Assembly (NCBI GenBank): GCA_964106915.2
Contig: OZ066921.1
Source of the DNA: Podarcis gaigeae
Lineage: Eukaryota
DNA length: 64,000 nt
Reading direction: 5' to 3' (one strand)
The notes beneath the pieces were generated by a model, which worked only from the letters and a program-made list of their open reading frames with translations, did not search any database and was not told where the DNA came from. The position numbers and the translations under genes are program-made. Below, one piece after another: positions 24,701 to 35,400 of the stretch (positions are counted from its first letter, which is position 1; every line of letters starts with the position of its first letter).

Positions 24701-27700
24701 AAGTCTGAGCCAAAACTGCCTGCAATAGGCATTCCCTGTCATCTCCAAATTAGCTGTGTAAATTTTTGTGGTTCTTTTGGATTGCTTGAGCAGCTGGACT
24801 TTGTGTTTGTCTGAACAGCAGCATGTCTACTGCTGGTCTGGTCTGGTCATCAGTATGATTTAAAGAAGTGGGGACTGTGATACTGGAGAGGGGCAGCTCC
24901 CATCGGGGGTGGGGGTGGAAGGGAGGGGCTCTCTTCAGTATAACTCATTAAGACATGGGGGCAGGTTTGCGTGCCATTCAGCATTGATCTGAGACCTCAT
25001 TAGTTGCCTTTGAAAACTGGCTACAGTGGTCCTATCTTAATGAGAGGGTCTCTTACTAACAAGAATTGGGTCAGGCTGCCTCCCATCCCTCCTCCCCCAC
25101 AGATCCTTGCAAAGTGAACTGGGAGAGAAAGGAGGCCTTTCTGTCCCCAAAGGCATCATTCTCTTGCTCTCCTGAGGCTGCTTAAAGCCCATGGCCTAGT
25201 CTGCCATGCCTTGCTGGGTGGTCTGTTTCTGTTCCTGAAATGGGGGAAAGAGGTTGCTGCAGATTCCTCAGTTCTCTGGCTCCTGAGGAGGAGGCAAGCA
25301 AGCGTACTGGGGGCTTCCTTGGAGCTGCCCTCTATGACTGCTGCAAGGCCGGGGGTTGAAAACAGGGGCTTGACTCTTCCTGATAAAGGTCAGCATATGG
25401 GAGCACAGCAAGGCAGTGGGTGGGCATTTGCATGGCACGCGCGCACACACGTACACACATGCACATATAGCACAATGCAAGATGAGGGTTTTAACTGATA
25501 AAAACCTAATCACCACCAGCCCTGTTTTCCAGCTCCCACTGCCTTCCCTAATAGCCTGAGGGGCTGCCTCAGAGCTCTGCATTGCTCCTCCCTCTGTGAC
25601 TCACTAAAGTCCCAACTTTTGGAATCATTGCAACATATTTTCATCTGTGTTGGTTTGTGACAGAGGGGGCGGGCAGCTGTTGTCATTGGGTAGCTGGCTT
25701 TTTATTTTTGGAAGAAGACTTTTATGCATGAATGTTAGGACTATAGACAGTTGCCTAAATACACAGTCAGACCCTTGGTCCATGCAGCTCTGTCTTGTCT
25801 ATGCACTGACTGGCAGTGGCTCTCAAGGCTTCACCTTTCCCAGCCCTCCCTGGGATGACTCTGGGGTTGATGGTTCTCTGACAGGTGCAGGACGAGCGAG
25901 ATGACCTGTACCAGAAATTTACCAAAGCCATTAATGAGGTGCAGCAGAAAACTGGCTTTAAGAACTTGTTGCTGGAGCGGAAGCTTCTCGGCCTCTCCAA
26001 CATCCTGGAGAAGAAGGAGGTGCAGCTCAACGAGGTCCTGGCTGCCACCAACCTTGATCCCGGTGCTCTCAGTGTGGTCACCCGCAAGCTGGAGGTACTG
26101 TGCTTCTAATCACCATGGGGATTATAGAGAAAGTTTATAGATATTTTTTCTAATACCCTTCAGTTAAACAAACAGCTCCCAAGCCAGATGAGAACAATTG
26201 GTCAGATTCCTTCTTGCTACTGCTTCAGATGGGGTTTGTCCTTGGGTTTCATATTACCAAGATGGATTAGGCAAGATCTAGGTAAAACCTTGCAATGCAC
26301 AGGGAAAAGGTGCACTGGCTAAAAGGGAGCTGCCAGGGGCTCACAGTGTGGGCAAGTGCAGGGAGCCATCCTTTAATAAGAGACTCTCATTCAGGGGCAA
26401 TTAATAAATGTAGCCTGCACAGTATTTCAGAGGAGCTGCCCTTAGTTGTGCACAGGAGGCCCACAAGCATTAAAAGCCTTTGCCTCAGCCCTCCAAGCAA
26501 TCAGAGCATGTACAGTAGTACCTTGGGTTACAAACGCTTTGGGTTACAAACTCCGTTAACCTGGAAGTAGTACCTCGGGTTGAGAATTTTGCCCCAGGAT
26601 GAGAACAGAAATCGCACGCCGGCAACACAGCGGCAGCGAGAGGCCCCATTAGCGAAAGCATGCCTCAGGTTAAGAATGGTTTTGGGTTAAGAACGGACCT
26701 CTGGAACGAATTAAGTTCGTAACCCAGGGTACCACTGTACCAACATTTCCATTTGCCAAGCAGGCTTTGAATGCACATGCACACAACTGGCCTCCAGTTG
26801 CCTCGAAGCTGCTGGGAGGTCTTTGTTTCCAGCAGCAGCTATAGAAGTCAGTCACATGGGCAGAAGTCAGAACTGTGGGCAGAAGGGACCCTCGCAGCAG
26901 TGACTGAACCAGTGGTGGGGTGAATTGCTCCACTGGGGATTGCTTTTCCTTCCTATCTGACCTGAGCCTCTTTGGTGCTTTCTTGGGACATAGAATGCCC
27001 AAGCAGTCAGCAAGCGTCTGTTGTGCTTCTGGCTGTGAGAATACTCTTGGCATGAGGGTGCTGTGCCTGGGGAAATCTGCAGGAGTCAGATTGAAAGGGG
27101 AAGTTCCAGTGGTCAGAGACTTCAGTTTCTTTTCCTTCTGGCTGGTGGAGTTGGAAGAGATTCTACATGCAAATCTGCTGAACCTATGTGCCATTTATTC
27201 TGGTCCCAGAATCCGTTCAATACACAGAACACACGTGCCCCTTTGCAGCATGAGAACTCAGAGAACTGAAGCGGCAATGTGCCCTCGTTGCCAGGGCGGT
27301 GTTTCCTGCTCTGCTGCTCAGTCTCCAGTGGAGATGGAAAGGGAGAGAGAGAGTGAGCTCCTGGCTGCCTTCTCGGTTCCTTGCCTCCCTCCTCCTCTCC
27401 CTGCGGCCACTTGGGACTGTCAGAATCTTCTAGCCACACAAGCGTGGCTTGGGGACTGCTTGCCACACAGCTTTCTCTCAACTCGTTCCACTCCACGGGG
27501 TTTCCCTGGTTGCTGATTTCCTAGCTGCCCGCTTTCTTTGCTAAGGTTGGGTTCTCTCTGACAGCGCCCTGGTACACAGCAAGGCTATCTGCACTTTCAA
27601 AGCATTCCCCCTGGCACATCAAGTTGTTTCTGGGGAGCAGGGGCTGCCCACCACGCTGCCAGGGCCCCTCCTCTCTGTGTTTCCAGCCCCAAGAGCCAAG

Positions 27701-29337
27701 GGAGGTTCTCCATCATAGGGACCTCTGTGGCCTCCTCACTCTTCAGGCTTCCTGTCCTGTCCAGTCTCTGAAATGCCTGATGGTATGGAAACAGAGTTAT
27801 CTCCCGTGACTTGGCCTGCCTGGGAAGGGGGCTTAGTTAGCGGCTTCCACATTCCAAGCACGGCTGGCGCCAGTAACTGGAGATTCTTCCCAGGGGCAGC
27901 TGCTCCTTCCAGCAGGCCTCCCACATTCCTACCTTCAGCTGCTGCTTGCGCAGGAGGCACATCCACAGGGGATTCCCTGGGTATTGTAGCACCAGATCCT
28001 GTGCCAAATAGGGCAAAAAATGGCTTGGTGGCAGAAATGCCAGCCCACAGCTCTCATCTCCCATTACTGGCGGGCAGCGCAGATGAGCTTTAATTTGAGT
28101 CACAAAGAGGAAATTGTGCAGGGAGGCAAGAGGCGCATTAGCTCCTGTTTGTAGATGGAGTGCTCCACTGTGATTGCTATGCCAAGTGTGGGATGCAGTA
28201 CTGTATACAAAATTCAGCACCCGTGAGAATCTCGGGTTTTACCTGATTTTGTAAAAGCAGGTTTCTAAACCTCATGGCCGTAGAGAGGCTTGGAAATACG
28301 TTGGCACTGGCTAATGAAATCATGGAAGCCAACCACAGACAGATTAGGACTTTCAGCATGCAGAATTTGCAGAAAGGAAAGAGGCAAGCACAAGACTGTG
28401 CTGCAGAAGGGCACCTAACTTTGCATAGGCCTGCCGTGGCCCATTAAGAAATGGCCAGAAACTCTGGCTGGGCCTTGACTAGTCCCCTTTTGGGCCAGTT
28501 CACTTGCCTGATGTGTTAACACCCAAACAACCTTCCTTCACAGGATGTGCTGGATTCGAAAAACAATGCCATCAAGGACCTGCAGTATGAGCTAGCCAGA
28601 GTGTGCAAGGTAAGAGCTCCAGCTGGGGAGAACCCTGTAAATGTACTTGAATGTTGGAGCAAAATGTAGAGAGCAGGTCTCTTTAGACACAACCCAGGAA
28701 GGAAATATATTTTCCCTAGCAGTTGGCTTTTACGTATGCCTTGTTTGAAAGCCATTCACTATCCTGTGGCAGTGAGTTCCATAGGTTAATGCCAAGAAGT
28801 GTGAATAAGTGCTTCCTCTGTCTTTTGTAATGCCCACTGCATACCCATCTCAGTGAACAGCTGATGGGTTTGACAAATGTTGTACTAGCCATCGCTCCAT
28901 CTGACCTACCAAGTTGCATCGTATTCACCCTCAGCCCCATTTTTCTAAGTTAACAAGTATGTTCTAAGCATTTGTTCCTTGAGACGGTCTAGCCTGCAAC
29001 CATTTTAGTTGGCCTTTTCCTGCTCTCTTGCATCCTTTTGGAGAAATATGGATGCAGCCACCACTGCCATGGGTGCCTTGGGCTGGCTATTACCAAAGCA
29101 TAGACAAGAGAAGTTGCCTTAGGTGGCTGTGTTATGGTATGTGATGTTTGATCCCTCTCCTCAACCTGCAATTGCCTCCCATTGCAGGCCCACAATGACT
29201 TGTTGCGGACGTACGAGGCCAAGCTCACAGCCTTTGGGATCCCTTTGGACAATTTGGGCTTCAAGCCCCTGGAGACCTCCGTGATCGGCCACACACTGGG
29301 CCAGGGCCCTGCTGGGTTTGTCTCAACCCCCACGTAG
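18547..29337 (+). CDS. GAS8: Growth arrest-specific 8 / dynein regulatory complex subunit 4; coding exons 18547-18549, 19073-19171, 20575-20772, 21383-21589, 21805-21859, 22621-22826, 23412-23579, 24393-24479, 25885-26094, 28544-28609, 29188-29337 (1449 nt, 482 aa)
   Basis: The spliced translation MAPKKKG...[40 protein letters not shown]...[49 protein letters not shown] matches GAS8/DRC4. All introns are GT-AG and the frame is continuous. Confidence 0.97.
19932..20302 (+). mobile_element. Sauria SINE, full length
   Basis: Head GGGACGCGGGTGGCGCTGTGG and tail (ACCTTT)n; 12-bp TSD AGAGAGCAACAG at 19920-19931 and 20303-20314. Confidence 0.92.
26513..26737. mobile_element. Tc1/mariner (Tigger-like) MITE
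   Basis: TIRs CAGTAGTACCTTGGGTTAC and GTAACCCAGGGTACCACTG, flanked by TA. Confidence 0.8.
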
Positions 29338-30113
29338 CACAGCCTGACATCATACTTTGGAATGCCTTCAGCCTAAGCCTTGTGTGCAAGCAAGCCACTG
29401 TCCCGCTCCTGCTGTGGCCGTAGAGGGGAGGGAGGGAGAGAGCAGCCCCCTGGAATGAGATTGCGTCTGCTCCAGCCCTCATTTGTATTAAAGAGGCCCT
29501 GTGGTGGGCTATTCAGTCTTCAGTCTCTGCAAAGCCTCCCTTTTTCTTTCCCACCCACGTCAAGGCAGAGCTTGGGGACTTGAAAAGCATCCTCCTCTTG
29601 ATTAATGAGCCCCTGGAATACTTAATCCCACCTTATCTAGAGCCTCCAAAGTCCTCCACACCAATGTTGTGTCCACTCAAGCACCCCTGAAGAGCCTGGC
29701 TCCTGGATCCAGGCTAAAGGACTACGTAGTCCAGCATCCTGTTCCCCACAGTGGCCAAACAGATGCCTCTGGGAAGCCCACAATCAGGACGTGAGTGCAG
29801 CAGCCCTCTCCCCACTCATGTTCCCCAGCAACTGAGGGAGCCCTACCTAATCAGTAGAGCACACGTGCGTCAAGGACCCAGACTCAATTCATGGCATCTC
29901 CAATTTAAAAGAAGAGGCTTACAAGTATCAGTCTTGAGATTAATCTCACATTTACTGCACGGCAGCTGCTCATGGCCAAGCCCCCAGCCAGAGGATTGGG
30001 CCAGAGGTGGCCGTGGATGTAACCACAGCTCTCCATCCGCTGGACTGTGCCAGCTCTCTCAGAACAGGCACCCCGGTTTGCTGAAGCAGCCCCTCCTGCT
30101 GGCCGGTCTCCCA

Positions 30114-31036
30114 CTAGCTTCCCCTGTAGGTGGTGTAGGAATAAGGGCTGAGCAGCAAGGGAATGTGCACTTTTTCTTCCTCTGTGATGGTGAAGACAAT
30201 CTAAACAGAGACAAGCAAGAGGATGCGTAAAGACAAGGGAGGGGGGAATAGCAGGAGGTTGGTAGTGCTCTTTGGTTTGAGATCCTTTCTTCACTGCACT
30301 GGGCCTAGCCCATGAGAAGACATTTGTCAGGGGCCCAAATGCCTGGTCCAGAGCACCCCTAGTGCCCAGTCCTGGCACACTTTTGGCTTTGTGCTCTTTC
30401 AGGGATGTCCCATGCACAACATCTAGCTCTCCTACCAACCACCTGGGCCTCTTCCTGCAGGTTTCTGAGGGACTTCACGGCGTGCAGCCTTCATAATGTG
30501 AAGTTTATGCTGATTTCTCCCATTTTCCAACGTTGTGCTTCTCCTGCCAGGAATTACATCCCTCAAAGGGCAATGAGTGGTGGTCCCTGCCATCATCAGT
30601 CCTCCCTATGTTGGAAGGAGCCTTCCCCCCCCCCTTCCAGGTGTGAGTTTCATCTGGGAACCAAACTTACTTCCACATAAGGGTAAAAGCTGCTGTATCC
30701 CTGTTGCTCCCAGTACTCCCTCGTCTCAAAGCGCAGCTTATAGGTGCCAGGTTTCAGCTCCCTGGGCATCGGGCTGTTTCTGTCCAAGCGCCCATCAGGA
30801 TTTGTCTTGCTGGAACGGAATAAATGAGGCTGAAACTGCAACGGCCCCAGCCCTACCGAGGGAGGGAGATTGTCCCGCTTCATCCCCTCCTACCTTCTCA
30901 TGAGCTCTGCCCACGGACGTTGGGGATCCTCCAGCTTAGAGAAGTGCATGGCCAGGCCTTGGGCAGGGAGGCCGGTGAGCACGTTCAGTGCGTGGACAGT
31001 CAGGAAAGCGTGGTGGACCTCATCTGAACTAGCCAC
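30114..31036 (-). CDS. URAH: 5-hydroxyisourate hydrolase (transthyretin-like) module; exons 31036-30894, 30809-30671, 30200-30114 (122 aa + stop); probably the 3' half of a cadherin-URAH chimera
   Basis: Translation: VASSDEVHHAFLTVHALNVLTGLPAQGL...WAELMRSKTNPDGRL...LKPGTYKLRFET...[34 protein letters not shown]. It carries the HIUase signature C-terminal YRGS and TTR/URAH-type exon phases, and sits next to GAS8 as in other vertebrates. Confidence 0.93.
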
Positions 31037-32480
31037 CTGGGATTCAGAATGGAGAGCCGGGTGGAGCAAAAGCCTCTGTACGAGTTCCTCCCCCTCCCAG
31101 TTTCCTAGGTCCATCGATTCCCAAAGGAAGATGTCCTTGCCACCCTCAGCAGCAGGCCCTTATCTTCCAAGCTCTTTCTTGCTGCCCTCAGCAGTTTTTC
31201 CTGTTTTTAAATGTTTGCTTTTTCTCCCAGGTGCTGTGTGCATGGGGGCTTTCTGTGAGGTGTTGTGGTTGTGGGGAGAGAGGGAGGACCCCACCCACTT
31301 CTCACCCATTCACCAGCTGTGTTTGTTCAAACTCTGCTGGCTCCTGGGTGAGGGGTTTTGTTGGGGGTGGGTGGGTTAAAGACAAGATGCCCTCGGCAGA
31401 CCCTGCTTGCCTTCTGATGTCCGCACTGCCCATTCATTTGCCCAAATTGTAGCCCTGCAGCTTGACATAGTGCCTGCCACTGTTTGTACAGAGAGGGCAG
31501 TTGAGCAAGTAATGAAGGTGCAGAGGAGGTTCAGGGGCAATGAAGGTCAGCAGTGGTCCCCACTGGCTGTGTCAGGATGGGCCTGGGCAGGTGCCTTACA
31601 ACACCAGCCCCTTGACAGAAACCCTGCCTGACAAGTGCATTCCTCTGCTCTTAAATATGGCGGAGCAGTACTCCTGGGTTTCAAACAGAGGTCCTTCCCA
31701 GCCCTATCTGGAGATGTTGGGGGTGAACCTAAGAACACTGAGTTATGACCCCTCTCCACCCAGAAGGTGGGCCTGAACAATGGCAGCTCTGCTCCCTGTC
31801 CCATGTATGATTTCATTGCCTTCTTAAACATTTGATCCCTGGCCACAGAGTTCCTTTACTTTCTGGCACATGCCATGAAACTCCCCAAGACAATCAAGAG
31901 TGTGGCATTCAAGCTTCTTGTTTTTCGTGAGCTGCAAGAAATATGCATTCCCATCCCCTTGCCAAGTTTCCCAATGAAACACCAAAGCAGGAAGGCTGTC
32001 CCTTCTCTTGGGCTGAGCCCACCCACCATCCTAGGATCTCTCACCACCTGGGGTCTCCCTCCTCCGTCCCTCTGTGGTAGTTGGTTTCTCTCATCCATTC
32101 TGGGGCATTTCTGATGCGGCCCCTTCTAACTCCACTTCCTACTTGCCTTCCACTGGCAGGCTGCCTGCCTGTCATGACTCAGCAGAAAGTCTTAACCCTT
32201 TTGTTGCCACGAGGGCAGGCTCAATCGGGTGCCCCCTGAAAACATGAGAAAGGGGCCCAGTTCATTTCATGGCAAGGGGGGAGGGTTCCATCTCCATCTC
32301 TACCCAGCCTAATCTGTAAAATATACATTTGAAGTTCTTGGGACTTCTCACTGGAGTAAAATGCAGCAAGCATTTTGTGGGAGAACCAGCAATACTGTCA
32401 TGCCCCAGCAAGAGCAAAAAGGAAGATACAGGAGCAGTTGCATGGTTACCCCAGAGTATTTGTGAGTTCTCAGTCCTTAC

Positions 32481-35400
32481 TTGGATCACTGCTGTTGCTG
32501 TAGTGCTAAGACCTTCTCCTAAGCAGTCTGTAGCCTGCAGGATCAGAGTGTATTGGGGGGTTACCTGTAAACAAATATATCCATTAGCATTTGGGCAGAG
32601 GGGATCAAAGCAGCAGAAGGCAAAGCAGTGTTGTGTAAGATCCTGAGAGCCCCACTGGCCATGTAACTCAAGGAAACTTCAAACTCACTAGGGTACTTCC
32701 AGATACAGCAAACTGAAATGGGACAAAGCTGTTATGCTAGACCAGGCACAGGCAAACTCAGCCCTCCAGATTTTTTGGGACTACAGTTCCCATCATCCCT
32801 GACCACTGGTCCTGCTAGCTAGGGATCATGCGAGTTGTAGGCCAAAAACATCTGGAGGGCCAAGTTTGCCTATGCCTATGCTAGACCACCCTTGTTATTA
32901 GGAATATGTGAAAAGAAAATTCTTCATTATTGCAAACCATACAGTTAAAGCACATGACTTCCCCCAGAGGATCTGGGCAAATGTAATTTGCCCCTCACAG
33001 AGCTACAATTCCCAGCACCCTTGACAAACTGCAGTTCGCAGGATTCTTTGGAGGAAGCCATGTGCTTTAATGTACAGCAACCAGACAGACAGACACGTAC
33101 CTGGCGGGGCTCCTTCTGCTATGGAGCCATGGAAGAAGCCATGTACAGCTTATGTCCACTTCATCCTCTGTTTAGGGCAGCCCTCCAGATATTGGAAGGC
33201 AGCAGTCATGCTGTTCATCTGCTCCAGACTCAAAGCCTCCCCTCTTCTCTTTCAGAAATCCCTTGCAAGCCCCTCCCCATCCTGCTTGGTCCCCCTCCAG
33301 CTAGCCTCTAATCCACCAGTGCCTTGTGGCCCAGTGTTTCCACTAGGAGTGAAGCACAGCAGCAGAGCCAAGGGTTGCCTCAAAGGGGAAATTTGGCATC
33401 TTTAATCATGCCCTCTCCCTACACAGCCAAGACCCAGCCACTTACCGTTCTGTCAAGTCCTGGTTTGTTCAAGCTGATGACCCCTGTTCTATTATCAATG
33501 GCAAACATTTGGCTCTGTGGCTTTGTGGGGGTTTGGATATCGAGGGAGTAGGTGATTACCCCATTGTAGGAATTCACAGCGTCATCTATGTCAGTGGCTG
33601 ATACTTGTGTCACAAAGGTACCTGGGTGCGTGTGCCACAAAAATCCAAAGTTCAGCTTTTGAAGTGCATCACACACATACCCGCAACATAGCTGATCATC
33701 CCAGCTTGGAGGTCAAATTGACTCTGCCCCAGACAGCTCCAAAATTACCTCTTAGCCTCTGAGTGAATGCAAACTGTGCAGCAGCTGGGTGCGATCTGCA
33801 CTGCTTTTATGCCAGTCCGCAAGTTATGGTGGGCTCAGTAGTGACCGCCCAGGCCATACAGGTAGAAAAAAGCACAGTTAGGGGCCTGGGTTTTGCACAC
33901 ATTATACCCCCTCCCTTTGTGGGTGCTCCTTCCATAAAAAAATGGGCAAAGGATATAGGCATTCAGAGGCAAATAGTAGGGGTTTCCATACATTCAGTTC
34001 ATGCATGTGCAACCAGACAGACAGACACGTACCTGGCAGGGCTCCTTCTGCTATGGAGCCATGGAAGATGCTCTGGGTAAAACGGGGCTTGTTGTCATTC
34101 TGATCAAGCACCTCGATGACGATCTCTGTGGGGTTCCTCACAGGCTGCCCAGTTGCACTTACAGCGTGAAGAAAGAGCTGCAGAGCAAGCAGGGTAGCAA
34201 TTGAGACACTCCCCAAAGCTGCCTCTCACCCTCCCAGACACCTTCCCACAAGAGTGTAGAGCTGCCCTTCTCTTCACACCAAGAGCACCCAGGAATTTAC
34301 ATTAGGGGCTAAAAAGTATTTAGATACTGTATGCTGAGAATTCAAAAATGAAACTAAGCTGAACTTTCTCCTCCTTCCCATAAATTATGGTTGCTAATAC
34401 TATTGCTTCCCGGGGATTCCCCAAGAACTGACATAAAGCAGCAGCAAACATGTGATTTCCACTCTTTCCCTGCCCCATAACACGTAGCAGCCTTCCCCAA
34501 CCTGGTGCTCTCCAGCAGTTTTGAACTACGAGTCCCATCAGCTCCAGCCAGCACAGCTATATGATGCTTGGGCTGATGGCAGCAGTAGTCCAAAGGATCT
34601 GGAAGGCACCAGGTTGGCAAAGGAAGTTTTAAGAGGTGCTGGGAGGTTCCAGGGTGGCAGAAGCTAGCACAAAGGGACTTACAATGTATTTGTCTTTGGT
34701 CTCTCTGTCCAATGGCATGGTCACCATCAGCCAGCCTGTCTCTCTTTCAAGGATGAAGATGCCTTGAGGAGGTCTGTCTGCACCAGTCCCAGTGACACTG
34801 TAGAAAGTCATGCCATCTTTACCTACCTGGTTGCAAATGAACATGTCAAAACTGAGAAGGTCTGTTTTCTTGTTGCCTCCCTCTATGCCTCCCTCAGAGG
34901 TAGAACACAGAGAGGGATTCTGAGCAGGTTCATAGGAGGAAAAGAAGTCCTCCGAGCATAGTGGTTCTGAGCTGTTCAAGGCACATGAAGAGAAAGAGGC
35001 AGTTGCCCTCTCTGTCTATACCTGCAGCAGACGCTTGGGGTAGGGACCAATGCCATTCTCCATGACCGATATTGGAGGCAGAAGTTGCAAATCCCTTTTC
35101 TGCCTCTTCAGATCAAGTCTGGATTCTGGAAAGGTCAGCACTTCTGCCCAAGCAAATAGGAAGGAGACCTGCAAAGGGGAAAGAGAGTTGCATTATTATT
35201 TTTTAAAAAAAACCCTCATTCAGAGCCCAATCCCATGGCATCTTCTATGTGAAGACAAGTTTGGCACTCCTTAAGATTTGTAGGGATCTCGGGACAGGAC
35301 AGTGCTGAACCTCAGGATTCAGTCCTGGAACATGTGAAGGAAGACACGTCCTGGAATCTGGACACACCTCTATGTCAAGAGTATCTTCCTTCTATCTTAA

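Noticed and set aside
31037-31114. In-frame ATG at 31114 as the URAH start, with QRLLLHPALH as a PTS2
   Set aside because: The spacing does not fit RLx5HL and the Kozak -3 position is a pyrimidine. The segment also contains the pyrimidine tract and acceptor at the conserved exon boundary. It cannot be fully excluded as a minor isoform.
31411-31468. TIWANEWAVR resembling the start of a proprotein-convertase prodomain
   Set aside because: The similarity covers only a few residues and the frame closes soon afterwards, so it is probably chance.
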